Shown here: one piece after another, positions 14,355 to 26,950 of the stretch
Layout of the letters: every line of letters begins with the position of its first letter
Numbering within the stretch: position 1 is the stretch's first letter
Source: Octopus vulgaris
Taxonomy: Eukaryota
Reading direction: 5' to 3'
DNA length: 64,000 nucleotides
Assembly: GCA_951406725.2 (NCBI GenBank)
Contig: OX597814.1
Location: 131,626,001-131,690,000 of the forward strand
Notes under the pieces: generated by a model
Databases searched by the model: none
The model's input: the letters and a program-made list of their open reading frames with translations, nothing else
What the model was told of the DNA's origin: nothing
Made by a program: the position numbers and the translations under genes

Positions 14355-14586
14355 GTACCTATTTCTTTATTACCCACAAGGGGCTAAACACAGAGGGGAC
14401 AAACAAGGACAGACATAGGTATTAAGTCGATTACATCGACCCCAGTGCGTAACTGGTACTTAATTTATCGACCCCGAAAGGATGAAAGGCAAAGTCGACC
14501 TCGGCGGAATTTGAGTACCAGTTAAGTACTGGTGTCGTTGTAATCAACTTACTCCCACTCCCGAAATTGCTGACCTTGTGCCAAAA

Positions 14587-14654
<68 letters not shown>

Positions 14655-15062
14655 AGAAGGCGGTGAGCTGGCAGAATCGTTAGCATGCCGGGCGAATTGC
14701 TTTGCGGCACTTCGTCTGTCTGTATGTTCTGAGTTCAAATTCCGCCCAGGCCGACTTTGTCTTTCATCCCTGCTCGGTCGATAAATTAAATACTAGTGAA
14801 ACACTGGGATCGATGTAATCGACTGCTCCCCTCTCCCCAAATTTCAGGCCTTGTGCCTTTAGTAGAAAGGATTATTATTATAGTTATGATTATTAAAGAA
14901 GGTGGCGAGCTGGGAAAATCGTTAGTGCGCCGAGCTACGTCCTGAGTTCAAATTCCGCCGACATCGACTTTATTTTTTATCCTTTCGGGGTCAATAACTT
15001 AAGTACCAGTCGAGTACTGGTGTCGATGTAATCGACTCTCCTTCTCCCCCAAATTTCAGGCT
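14355..15062. mobile_element. Cluster of SINE family B copies (minus ~14355-14515, plus ~14659-14880, plus ~14900-15062) around (ATT)n
   Basis: Repeated GAGTTCAAATTCCGCC and TTTCATCC..TCGGGGTCGAT blocks. Confidence 0.85.
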
Positions 15063-15064
15063 TT

Positions 15065-15498
15065 TTACTCTTAATACGCTTTTCCCTTATTTCAGTCATT
15101 TGACTGTGGCCATGCTGAAGCACCGTCTTTTTTTCGAGCTCATCGACCCTAGGACTTATTGTTTGTAAGCCTAGTACTTATTCTGTCGGTCTCTTTTGCC
15201 GAACCTCTAGGTTACGGGGACGTAAACACACCAGCATCGGTTGTCAAGCGATGCTAGGGGACAAATACAGACACACAAACACACACATACAGAGACACAC
15301 ACATACATACTCACACACACACGCACATATATATATATACATACATACATACATACATACATACGACAGGCTTCTTTCAGTTTCCGTCTGCCAAATCCAC
15401 TCACAAGCCTTTGGTTGGCCCGAGGCTATAGTAGAAGACACTTGCCCTAGTGCCACGCAATGGGACTGAACCCAGAACCATGTAGTTCGCAAGCAAGC

Positions 15499-15500
<2 letters not shown>
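15065..15500 (-). mobile_element. SINE family A
   Basis: TTTCAGTCATTTGACTGTGGCCATGCTG through GGGACTGAACCC. Confidence 0.85.
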
Positions 15501-15540
<40 letters not shown>

Positions 15541-15543
<3 letters not shown>

Positions 15544-15983
15544 TGCCATCAAAGTGACACTGGGGTAAAATATACGAAGTCCAATATACCCATCATGACT
15601 ACCCGTCTGATAAGGGTACACTGGGCACATGCATCACAACCATATGTGCGCGACATGGGGATCTCATATCAAGATAAACAGCACATGACCTTGCAGGTGG
15701 GACCCAGTTAGAATTTTCTTCAGGTTGGGTAGCCCATCCCGCTCAAAAGGTCCCTGAATAAGGGTTGTTTAAGGATGTTGAAAGAACCACCCATGTTTCC
15801 AGAGGTGAATTATTCAAACCCCAAAGAATCCATCTCAACACATGGCTATGATGCTCCCCCACTACTTCTGCTCGTGATCAGAGATGCACATATCGTCAGC
15901 CACTAAGGGACATGCTCAACTGGTTAAAGTCAAACAACTGACAAAATCTGTGGTATTGAGCAGAATATTTGCTGTAGCCCATC
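15541..15983 (-). mobile_element. (TAA)n-embedded non-coding retroposon, copy 1
   Basis: Reverse complement of 18030-18475, flanked by (TTA)n and (CTA)n. Confidence 0.75.
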
Positions 15984-15991
15984 ATTATTAT

Positions 15992-16095
<104 letters not shown>

Positions 16096-16114
16096 GTGCT
16101 ATTACTAATAAAGA

Positions 16115-16328
16115 TGGCTAACTGACAGAATGGTTAGCATGCCCGGCAAAATGTTTTGCGGCATTTCGTCTATCTTTACATTCTGAGTTCAAATTCCGCC
16201 GTGGTCGACTTTGCTTTTCATCCTTTCGGGATCGATAAATTAAGAACCAGTGAAACACTGGGATCGATGTAATCGACAAGCCCCCTCCCACCAAAATTTC
16301 AGGTTTTGCGCCTTTAGTAGAAAGGGTA
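16115..16328 (+). mobile_element. SINE family B
   Basis: CTGAGTTCAAATTCCGCCGTGGTCGACTTTGCTTTTCATCCTTTCGGG. Confidence 0.85.
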
Positions 16329-16879
16329 ATCATAATTTTGAATCTTTACTCTTTCGCTGTTAGCACTTGTTTATCGCTGTTGGCTTTTGAAATTTGTGTA
16401 AATTTTACCGCTTTTCAGATGTTATGTCGAACGAGTACTCAGTTGAACCCCAACACCAACGAAGAAAACAAAAACAAAATAAATGCAACAAAAACCAAAG
16501 ACAAAAGCAACCTCACTCCCGCAAAATATATATATGTAAAAAAAAAATACAAACTGAAAAAAGCGAACGAATTTATCTGACACTCCAATAGTTCGGCTGT
16601 TTATTGTGTTGTTGATTGAAGGGAGAGGAACAATGATCAAAGCTTTCTGAAAACTCTTTTTTGCAGACATTAAAAAAAAACAAACAAAAAAAACTTGAAC
16701 ACCAGCCGGGCTGACCTCCACAGTTCACGTGTACGGAGATGTGGGGGAGGGGAGGTTTAAGGAAATCCTTAAATCTAAAAATATCACAGGTGAAAGAAGT
16801 CTATTTGCAAATAACTAAATACTTTGAACAGGTTTTACTACAATGCACAACTTTTTAAATAAGGCTGAAAATTATGCCA

Positions 16880-17011
16880 CGACTACGACAACCACCACCA
16901 CCACCACCACCACCACCTCCACCATCACCAACACCACCTACACCACCACCTACACCACCACCACCACCACCACCACCACCACCACCACCTACACCACCAC
17001 CACAATCTCCC

Positions 17012-17079
<68 letters not shown>

Positions 17080-17130
17080 GCTACTGCTACTGCTGCTACT
17101 ACTGCTGTTGCTGTTTCCGCCACTGTTGAT
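16880..17130. repeat. Compound (ACC)n(ACT)n(GCT)n microsatellite
   Basis: Direct inspection; source of the poly-T/P/G/L ORFs. Confidence 0.95.
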
Positions 17131-17157
17131 AATGATGATAATAATAGTAATGGTGAA

Positions 17158-17490
17158 GGTGCATGGCTCAGTGGTTAGAGCGTCGAGCTTACAATCGTGA
17201 GGTTGTGAGTTCGAATCTCGGATCAGGCTGCGTATTGTGTTCTTGAGCAAGACACTTTATTTCACGTTGCTCCAGTTCACTCAGCTGTAGAAATGAGTTG
17301 CGGCGTCAGAGGTGCCGAGCTGTATCGGCCCCTTTGCCTTTCCCTTGGATAACACTGGCGGCGTGTAGAGGGGAGGCCGGTATGCATGGGCGACTGTTGG
17401 TCTTCCATAAACAACCTTGCCCGGACTTGTGCCTGGGAGGGTAACTTTCTAGCTGCAATCCCACGGTCAGACATGACCGAAGGGGGTCTC
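17158..17490 (+). mobile_element. SINE family C (tRNA-derived head, GTGTTCTTGAGCAAGACACTTTATTTCACGTTGCTCCAG body)
   Basis: A box TGGCTCAGTGG and B box GAGTTCGAATC. The body is shared with 23664 and 49928. Confidence 0.85.
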
Positions 17491-17731
17491 AGCAATAGAA
17501 ATGATTTCAAATTTTTGGCACAAAGCAAGCAGTTGCGAGGGTTGGGGAGTTAAGTCGATTACATAGATCTCAATGGTTAACTGTAGCTTAATTTATCGAT
17601 TCCGAAAGGATAAAAGGCAAAGATGACCTCGGCAGAATTTGAACTCAGAACATAAAGACGGTGCTAACGATTCCTCCAGTACGCCACCTTAATAATCCTT
17701 TCTTATATAGGCACAAGGCCTAATAATAATA

Positions 17732-17801
<70 letters not shown>

Positions 17802-17890
17802 TAATAATAATAATAATAATGATAATGATGATGATGATGATAATAATAATAATAGATGGCATGCACTGCTCTCTCACTCAATAATAGTAT

Positions 17891-17921
<31 letters not shown>

Positions 17922-17933
17922 AATAATAATAAT

Positions 17934-18487
17934 ACTGCCCTGATGCAGTACCAGGCAGTGGCTCTCGTGGCTTCTGATCTTAACTGATTGGAAGTGTTAT
18001 CATGTACATTGTTTTGTCTTGGTATAAAAGATGGGCTACAGCAAATATTCTGCTCAATACCACAGATTTGCTAGTCAGGTGTTTGACCTTAACCAGTTGA
18101 GCATGTCCCTTAGTGGCTGACGATATGTGCATCTCTGATCACGAGCAGAAGTAGTGGGGGAGCATCATAGCCATGTGTTGAGAGGGATTCTTTGGGGTTT
18201 GAATAATTCACCTCTGGAAACATGGGTGTTTCGTTCAACAACCTTAAACAATCCTTATTCAGGGACCTTTTGATCAGGATGGGCTACTCGACCAGAAGAA
18301 AATTCTAACTGGGTCCCACTTGCAAGGTCATGTGCTGTTTATATTGATATGAGATCACCATGTCGCGCATATATGGTTGTGATGCATGTGCCTTGTGTAC
18401 CCGTATCAGACTGGTAGTCATGATGGGTATACTGGGCTTCCTATATTTTACCCCAGTATCACTTTGATGGCATGCACTGCTCACTCA
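17934..18487 (+). mobile_element. (TAA)n-embedded non-coding retroposon, longest copy (~555 bp)
   Basis: Flanked by (AAT)n on both sides. Matches 15541-15983 and 3' stubs at 11191-11240 and 17855-17882. Confidence 0.75.
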
Positions 18488-18493
18488 ATGATG

Positions 18494-18553
<60 letters not shown>

Positions 18554-18555
<2 letters not shown>

Positions 18556-18916
18556 TGATGTATCAATACCGGCAGATGACAACGTGTCTCTAAAAGAAAT
18601 GGAGAAACTTTCAAAATACAAAGACCTGGAAATAGAGGTAACCAGAATGTGGAATCTAAAAACAGAAACAATTCCTATCATCGTAGGTGCATTAGGCATG
18701 ATAAAAAAATATTCAGACAAATACATAACAAAAACACCATAACAAACACATATAACATACAGAAAATTGCACTACTAGGCACTGCACACATCCTACGCAG
18801 AACACTTTCCATACAAAAACCACCAGAGCATCACAACAAATCACAGCACATACCTAAGGCACACAGAGCTGCGCTCGGTAGTGACGTGAAAGCACGCTAT
18901 ACAAATAAAACTACTG
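18554..18916 (+). mobile_element. 3' fragment of an R4/Dong-type RLE non-LTR retrotransposon in (TAA)n
   Basis: IDVSIPADDNVSLKEMEKLSKYKDLEIEVTRMWNLKTETIPIIVGALGMI...IQKIALLGTAHILRRTL is an RLE C-terminus. The 3'UTR ends in CTACTG followed by (AAT)n. Confidence 0.88.
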
Positions 18917-19082
18917 AATAATAATAATAATAATTTATTCTTTTATTAGCCACAAGGTCTCACATACAAAAGCATTAATTGACATACAACAACATAAAAG
19001 ACAAAAACGGGACGATACAATGGGTTTTCCACGTCTACACAATATAATAACAATGAAAATTGAACAAATTAAAACTCCCAAT

Positions 19083-19550
19083 ATCATCATCATCATCATC
19101 ATTGTTCGACCGTGGTCGAGACAATGGAATTTACCATGCTACGCCTGATTTCACGGTCCATCATAGCATTACGGAGGTCCTGTTGCTGGATGCCTGTATC
19201 CCTGGAGATTACATCAGGGTAGGAGAATGTGCACCCTCTGGTATTGCAAGTAGATGGCTTCCAGAGGAGAAGAGTAGAAATTGCCTCGTTTTCAGCTCTA
19301 CAACAATGTCCAGCAAACTGGACTCTCGTACCTTTCACAAGAGATGACACAGGTGGTAGTTTCCCATATATTTGCTTTTCGGTTGGATGACGCTTCCACG
19401 AGATATTTTGAGCTCTCATAAGGAGGCGAGTGTAGGTTCCATCCAACCGCCTCTCAAGCTTCTTTGATAACGTCCAGGTTTCTGAGCCATATAGTAGAAT
19501 TGGTTCGACTGTGGCTTTGAAGATTTCAAGTTTGAAGTCTCTACTTAGAT
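19083..19550 (-). mobile_element. 3' fragment of an RTE-group LINE with (GAT)n tail
   Basis: FKATVEPILLYGSETWTLSKKLERRLDGTYTRLLMRAQNISWKRH...QFAGHCCR, the post-RT region of RTE-type ORFs. Confidence 0.85.
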
Positions 19551-19900
19551 TTGGAGGCGCTTTAAGGTCCTCGTGGAGAAACCAAGAAAAGCCATGGGTG
19601 CCTGAACAACAGGGTAAGAGCCCATCTCCTTTGATTCCCTTTTTACAGGTACATGCTCAGAATTGGTCCTTCCACACTGGCCATTCTTCCAACATTCACT
19701 CACCTTTCAACAAACTCGTTACAAGGCAATACTTCCCTCTCCACCCTCAACTTCCTTTTCAAGTGAAACATGAAAAAGTTGATGAGGGCTTGGCCAAAGA
19801 AGGAAGTGTCTATCTTTAGCCCTTGCAAAATGTCCACCATCTTACCGCTTTCGCTACAGCCATTAGACAAATAATAATAATCATACTAATAATAATAGTG

Positions 19901-19931
<31 letters not shown>

Positions 19932-20489
19932 GCTTTTCTATATTGGCCACAAGGGCCGAACACAAACGAACACACCGCAAGGGAAAAGTGGGGCTTAACT
20001 TCAAGTATAAAATAAAACAAGAACAATTAAAAATCAACGATAAAATTTCCCGACTTGGATCTATGGTGTCCCCTGGCTGGCCCTAATTGAAAGCTATCCT
20101 GTATCAGAAGGACTGTATACAAAACATGTGTTCACATATTTTGTATATCATGTATACCTTTTCTCTCATCTCCGCCTCCTTCTTCTCCTTTTCTTCCTTA
20201 TTTTATGTAACTCCACACACACATACACACACACACAGACACACAGGAACTGTTCTTGTAATGCTTTCCTCATCAGATGCCCCTGTGTCAAATTAAAGAA
20301 ATCGATGGTAGTAGTAGTGGTGGCGGTGGTGGTTATAGTAGTAGTAGTAGTAGTAGTAGTAGTGATCACTAGTCTATACTATAATGGAGAAAGCTGTTTA
20401 TTACTTAGGTATGTAACGATTACTAAAAGTGCGAAAAGAAAGCAATTATTAAAAGGTTGACCGGCTGCAAATATTTTTATAAATTCATG

Positions 20490-20632
20490 GGATCTTTACC
20501 TTTTGACCGACAGATTTAAAAAAGTTTTTTGTAACTAAACACTTTCAAACTTCGGACACTGGTAGAATGTGTCATATAAGACATCTTTTGCTCTTAGCGT
20601 TTTTAAATCTGTCGGTCAAAAGATAAAGATCC
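20490..20632. mobile_element. MITE, Merlin-like (GG-starting ~33-bp TIRs, 8-bp TSD)
   Basis: TIRs GGATCTTTACCTTTTGACCGACAGATTTAAAAA and TTTTTAAATCTGTCGGTCAAAAGATAAAGATCC. Flanks AATTCATG and AATTTATG (one mismatch). Confidence 0.75.
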
Positions 20633-21084
20633 AATTTATGTTCTAAGAAATTTCCTATAATTTCGATTTCTCAAGTTTCTTGAATTTTTAAACTCCGATT
20701 TTTCGCAAATTTAAATATTCATTGCCATCCATTGCGTCCAATTCACAAATTTAAACATCCATTGCATTCACTGTGGAGTATTCCACTCTCATTTGCAAAG
20801 TCTCTCACTGTCTCTTTTAAGTTTTCATTCTCTGTTTGGAAAACCGACAGTTTATTCTATTAATGTATACGTTATTTATTATTTACTGAATGAAAATTTT
20901 TAAAATACCCGTATAATTTCTGAAGGCGGGATAGCTGTGAGAAGAACCTAGAAAGTTGGGTAATTACTGTTAGAAGACGAGGAGAAAAAAAGAAGTTACC
21001 GACAAGTACTCGAAAATTGCATCTTATGCACAGTTTCCAGACACTCTATACCACTAAGCCAATATATACACAAACAAGTTATAA

Positions 21085-21315
21085 AGGCGGCGAACTGGCA
21101 GAAACGTTAGCACGCCGGGCGAAATGCTTAGCAGTATTTCGTCTACCGCTACGTTCTGAGTTCAAATTCCGCCGAGGTCGACTTTGCTTTTCATCCTTTC
21201 GGGGTCGATAATAAAGTACCAGTTTCGCATTGGGGTCGATGTAATCGACTTAATCCCTTTGTTTGTCCTTGTTTGTCCCCTCTATGTTTAGCCCATTGTG
21301 GGCAGTAAAGAAATA
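21085..21315 (+). mobile_element. SINE family B, full length
   Basis: GGCGGCGAACTGGCAGAAACGTTAGC through GGGCAGTAAAGAAATA. Confidence 0.9.
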
Positions 21316-21540
21316 TATACAAACAAGTTGCACGAGCGAGTTCAAGTGACATACTCGCGCACACACATAGACACACATACTTACAAATGAAAAGCAATGA
21401 ATGTGTGTGTGTGTGTTTGCTGCTCACTGACGAAACTTTATGCTGCATTACTTTTGCGAAGTTTTGTGAGTGAACGGGTCGCCGTTTCAAAGCAAGAAAA
21501 TATTTTGACAAAAATGCAATTTAGATGTTGAAGTGAAACT

Positions 21541-21700
21541 GGTACTGCTTAAAAACAGGTGTTACGTACAAAACATTTTAAATGTACGCTGTGTGGACGT
21601 GTAACGACACCCTAACCCTAACCCTAACTAACCCTAAAACTAACCCGCCTCTTCATATTGTTACGTAGATGCATCGGGACCTCTGTATTTAAGTAGTGCC
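21541..21700. mobile_element. MITE, Merlin-like, containing (CCCTAA)n
   Basis: Imperfect TIRs GGTACTGCTTAAAAACAG and CTGTATTTAAGTAGTGCC. Perfect 8-bp TSD GTGAAACT (21533-21540 and 21701-21708). Internal CCCTAACCCTAACCCTAA. Confidence 0.75.
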
Positions 21701-21943
21701 GTGAAACTAACGATTTCTGTGTGTTCTTGAATGGCTTACAAACACCCACGCTGCAATTGTTTTGGTTTCAGCACACGATCTCAGATCAAGTCACTTGCTA
21801 TGCAAGTACATCTCAGTAATTTTTTTAAAAAATCACTGGATAAATGCCAGCAATGACCTCAGGCTCTCCAATATTTTAATTTCTAAACAGAAACCATCGG
21901 GAACAGGGAGTAGGTTTGCAAAAAATTCAATTCATAATTTCTC

Positions 21944-23102
21944 AAATAATGGAAACACCTATCATGATAATTTTGAAATATCTATAAAACTGTCAAAAGC
22001 TTGTTTATTTTTATGTTTTTTTATTATTTATTTTTAGTGTTGCTTAATATGTTTTGCTAAAATTGCTGTTTCTTTTCAGATATTATCAGAAAAAGGTAAT
22101 TAAAATTCATTAAAATGACAGATCTATCAGACTTTCAAAGAGGTCAAATTGTTGGTGTTCGTATGGCAGGCGCTAGCGTAACGAAAACAGCCGAAATGTT
22201 TGGTGTATCAAGAAGTACTGTCTCGAAAGTAATGACAGCTTTTGACAAAGAGGGAAAAACCTCGTCGAAACAAAACTCCGGAAGAAAACCAAAACTTTCA
22301 GATAGGGACCGTCGGAATCTTACGCGAATAAAAAACTGTTCGCCGGGAGCTGCAAAAAGCCAGATTTCACGGGAGGGCTGCAATCAGAAAACCACTACTT
22401 TCAAAAATAAACGTTGCAAAGCGTTTGGAGTGGAGCAAAAACCTACGGAATTAGTCCTTAGAGCAGTGGAAGAATGTTATTTTCTCGGACGAGTCATCCT
22501 TTACCTTATTTCCCACCTTCGGCTGAGTATACGAGTGTAAACAGCCAAAAGAAGCATTTTACTCAGACTGCCTTCCTCCAACTGTTAATTATGGAGGAGG
22601 ATCTGTGATGATCTGTGGGGCTATATCTTGGCAATCCGCCGGCCTATGGCAGAATTAATAGTCAAAACTAAGCATTTTATTTGATCAAATTCATCCTATG
22701 GTTGCGGCACTATCTCCAGAGGGAAACGCAATATTTCAGGATGATAATGCACCAATTCACACAGCTAAATTTGTTACTGAATGGCATGGGGAACATTCTA
22801 GTGAGGTTGAACATCTTATCTAGCCACCACATTCTGCAGATCTCAATATTATTGAATATATATGGTGCATTTTAGAAAAACAAGTAAGGAATCGATGTCC
22901 TCCACCATCATCACTACAAAAACTGGAGATTGTTTTAGCTGAAGAATGGACAAAAATTCCTTTGGAAACAATTGAAACTTTGTAAGAGTCCAAACCTCGC
23001 AGAATTCAAACTGTAATTACAGCCAAAGTCGGTCCTACCCCATATTAAAATTAATTTGTTTGAAATTTTAAGGTGCTTCCATTATTTTGTCCAACCCATG
23101 TA
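21944..23102 (+). mobile_element. Degenerate Tc1-like transposon (transposase pseudogene ~22115-23048)
   Basis: HTH MTDLSDFQRGQIVG...SGRKPKLSDRDRR, then WKNVIFSDES, GGGSVMICG, FQDDNAPIH and SADLNIIE, with stops and frameshifts. The right TIR AGGTGCTTCCATTATTTTGTCCAACCCATG+TA is intact; only the inner part of the left TIR (AAATAATGGAAACACCT) survives. Confidence 0.92.
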
Positions 23103-23663
23103 AATCGGGGAAAATATTAAAAAACATCAATACATGCGAAAGTGACAAAAAGAAAACGTGCAGGCTTGTCTTTGGATATGCTAGAAACAACACCCAAAAG
23201 GCTCTTAAAACACTCACTTTTGCCTCTGAAAATATTAAAAAAAAAGTTTTTACTGAAAATGCTCTCTCCAAGGTTTTGAAGTGCAAAACAAAATTGGCCA
23301 AAATAAGTCCGTAGTGATATGATGAGGGAGGGGTGTAAAAAAAAAAAGAGTTTACAAAACTTTTTCATATAAAGATGCCCACCCAACCATCGTTTCAAAA
23401 GTTGTCGTTTAAAAAAAATGATGAAAATCCCTGAAAAAACTTTCCTCAAGACCAGGCGGTACTTCTGCTTGTCGTAATAGTAGCACAAATTTAATGTCAC
23501 TCTAACATTTTTCGGAATTCATTCAAAAAAGTTATTCTTATGAATCATACACCCACGCATGACCTTGGTGATAAAATGTGTCAATATATTAACGCTTTCA
23601 CATTCTGCTTTATTTTTTTTTATATTGTACCCTGTTTTTTATCTATCTATATTTTACATGTAG

Positions 23664-23910
23664 AGGCGCGTGGCTTAGTGGTTAGGGTATTGAACTCATG
23701 ATCGTAAGGTTGTGGTTTCGATTCCTGGACCGGGCGATGCGTTGTGTTCTTGAGCAAAACACTTCATTTCACGTAGTTGCAGTCCACTCAGCTGGCAAAA
23801 ATGAATAATCCTTCGACGGACCGGCGTACCTTCCAGGTGGGGGAATTTCTACGCCACTGAAACCGGGAAACCGGCCCTTATGAGCCTGGCATGGCTCGAG
23901 AAGGAACATT
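23664..23910 (+). mobile_element. SINE family C
   Basis: GGCGCGTGGCTTAGTGGTTAGGG...GGTTTCGATTCC...GTGTTCTTGAGCAAAACAC. Confidence 0.85.
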
Positions 23911-24055
23911 TATTTTTTTTTTATATCTTATATAGTATAATGATTGAAGATGTGCGAGACTGTACAGTTTATTCCCCCCCCCCACGTTTTTAAAAAAAGT
24001 CATGTTACTTTGAAGAAATAAATGAATATAAAAACAATTTTTAAACTATAACATA

Positions 24056-24487
24056 GGCGTAGGAGTGGCTGTGTGGTAAGTAGCTTGCTTACAAACCACA
24101 TGGTTCGAGGTTCTGTTCCACTGCGTGACACTTTGGGCAAGTGTCTTCTACTATAGCCTCGGGCCGACTAAAGCCTTGTGAGTGGATTTGGCTGACGAAA
24201 ACTGAAAGAAGCCCGTCGTATATATGTGTGTGTGCGTGTGTGTGTGTGCGTGTGTGTGCGTGTGTGTATGTGTGTGTCTGTGTTTGTCTGTGTTTGCCCC
24301 CCCCAACATTGTTTGACAATCGATGCTGGTGTGTTTACGACCACGTAAGTTAACGGTTCGGCAAAAAGAGAACGATAGAATAAGCTCTAGGCTTACAAAG
24401 AATAAGTCCTGGGGGTCGATTTCCTCGACTAAAGGCGGTGCTCCAGCATGGCCGCAGTCAAATGACTGAAACAAGTAAAAGAGAGTA
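24056..24487 (+). mobile_element. SINE family A, full length
   Basis: GGCGTAGGAGTGGCTGTGTGGTAAG through GACTGAAACAAGTAAAAGAG. Confidence 0.9.
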
Positions 24488-24945
24488 TAACGTTTACTTG
24501 TATATCAAACATAAATTATACTGTTTAATATTACAAGATTCGCTTCCGTTTGAATCCCATATATAAACAAATAGCGTTTTCTTCGCGTTCGTAAAAAATG
24601 TCATAAAGTGATAAAAAAAGTGAGTAAATTATTTTTAACAGTTCTTATCTATAGAACTAAGTTTTCAAATTGTGTTAGACTGCGATCAAGCTTGGATACC
24701 ACCTTGAAATAATTTAGTCAATAATATCATCTTCATTACTTATTCTTCAAGCTTGTTACTTAATTTATCGTTCTAAGTTGTTTATAAAAATTTTAACCCA
24801 GATAAATGAAAAGGCTCATGGATTATTTTACTGATTACAGGATAAACTATAACACAGTCTTTGTTCAGTACATGTGTATGTTGTCAATCTAATTTATAAT
24901 TTATGTATCATATTTTATAATTTATATATCGTATCTATATATAGA

Positions 24946-25185
24946 AGCGCAATGGCCCAGTGGTTAGGGCAGCTGACTCGCGGTTGTAGGATCGCGGTTT
25001 CGATACCCAGACCGGGCGTTGTGAGTGTTTATTGAGCAAAAACACCTAAAGTTCCACGAGGTTCCGGCAGGGGGTGGTGGCGATCCCTGCTGTACTTAGC
25101 CAGCGGGGTGGCGTCAAAAAAATGCGAAGTGCATTGTGACCAGCGATGTGTAGCAACATCTGGTAGCCTGGTCGGTCACGGTGAT
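24946..25185 (+). mobile_element. tRNA-headed SINE family D (related copy on the minus strand at ~52770-52903)
   Basis: GCGCAATGGCCCAGTGGTTAGGGCAG...GGTTTCGATACCCAGACCGGGCGTTGTG...ATTGAGC..AAACACCTAAA occurs in both places. Confidence 0.75.
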
Positions 25186-25196
25186 CAATATGTATG

Positions 25197-25505
25197 AGTA
25201 GCTTGTTTACCAACCACATGGTCCCGGGTTCAGTCCCACTGCGTTACACCTTAAGCAAGTGTCTTCTACTATAGACCAAAGCCTTCTGAATGGATTTAGT
25301 AGACGGAAACTGGAAGAAGCCCGTCGTATATGAATATATGTATATGTATGTGTGTGTATATATTTATGTGTCTGTGTTTGTCCCCCCAAACTGGTTCGGC
25401 AAAAAAGTAACCGATAGAATAAGTACTAGGCTTACAAAGAATAAATCCTGGGGTCGATTTGCTCGACTAAAGGCGGTGCTCCAGCATGGCCGCAGTCAAA
25501 TGACT
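25197..25505 (+). mobile_element. SINE family A with internal deletions
   Basis: CCAACCACATGGTCCCGGGTTCAGTCCC through GGCCGCAGTCAAATGAC. Confidence 0.85.
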
Positions 25506-26329
25506 TGGGTTGAGTTTGAACTCAGAACGTAGCGACGGGCTAACTATTCTGCCAGCTCACCCTTCTCCTAATGTCATTAGCTTGATCAACTAATCTTTGC
25601 TCAGTCCCTTTAAATATACCCCTCTCTACCCCACATGTTAACATCCGTTTTCTATAGTCTGTTCTTTTAGATTCCCTTTCTAAGTAGTGCTGTATCACTA
25701 TCCTGTTTTCTTCCTTCTCCTTGCTCTATTATCTGTTGATGCTGCATTAGGATAGCAATTGTGGTCAATCTGCTTCTTTAATAAACACACACACACCAAA
25801 AAATATAGAAAACACAATCGCCACAGACACACCTATAGCAATACCAACCCCTGCAGCACCACAATAGTCATTATATTCCCTGCTTTCACAAACAATTCCA
25901 TCATTACTACCACTAAAAGAGAATACCCTCAACATTACTAGCAGTAACCCACTAAAATAAAATGCCCTCAACATTAACAACCAGCCACAAAACTTCGTGC
26001 TAGTGAGGAGGGGGCCAAATATATTATTGGCCCTTATAGCACGAAGGAAGGACATCGAGAGAAAGAGAGTGAGATCTTCGGCACCATCACTAGAAACAAT
26101 GATGATGGAGTGGATGTCTCTGAAAACATAAAAATATTAGTGGCAGGCTTTCCTCGCGACGTGGGAACCCCTAATGTAAAATCCACGCGTAGATTTCTAA
26201 GGAGGTTCCCAAAGAAACCCCAACAAGTTATGAAGGTTAAACTACCTGGTCTCCAGCGGAATCCAGTTGGTAAGTAGACCCCTTTATTTCTTCTCCAAAC
26301 CCTTTCTGACTACCAAGGCGTGTTTAAGA

Positions 26330-26950
26330 GTGGGTTGTATAAATGTTCGTGACCTAGTATCGTCTTAGAAGCGATCTCACATAATTGGTTATGGATGTGA
26401 TAGCCATCAGCAAAACCAGCATTTCCAAAACATATGATCTCCCTATTTTCGACGATTTTCAGATCTACGCATACATTAGTCGGCCTAGTATGGGAAGCGA
26501 GGTGGCAGTGTTGTTTAGAAAAGGCCTAGATCTCGAGGTACGGGCGATCTTCCTGGATCTAGACAGTAAGTTGGTAGTCTTGGATGTCAGGAAACGAAGC
26601 TAGTACTTTTAAACTAGTCGTTTTGTACGATCTGACTAGGGCAGAGCAGCCACATTTCGTCAGACATTCGGGGCATCTCGCTCTTTAGTGCTAGTGGGCG
26701 ACTGGAACGCCATCTTCGATGCACACCTGGATAGATGGGAGATGGGTGTGTAAAAACCTCAAAGATCTGTTCAGCTGCTTCCGACAGGAAGTTAGAATAA
26801 TTTGTATGCCTAGAGATAGAAGTAGCATAAGTCATCCAAAGTTCAAAGTCATCAAATGTGTGTTCTGTACGGTCGACCTAGATAGGATATATAGGCTAGG
26901 TCCCGGTTACTAGAAGCTGAAGGCGTCTTTCCTGGCGTAACAAGCTTTCA
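26330..26950 (+). mobile_element. Degenerate AP-endonuclease region of an L1/Tx1-type LINE
   Basis: DVIAISKT...EVAVLFRKGL...KLVVLDV, LVLVGDWNAIFDAHLDR and LGPGY*KL (cf. G.GYWKLN), with several frameshifts. Confidence 0.7.

Noticed and set aside
16874-17200. Proline-rich or mucin-like ORFs
   Set aside because: They come from a compound trinucleotide microsatellite running into a SINE.
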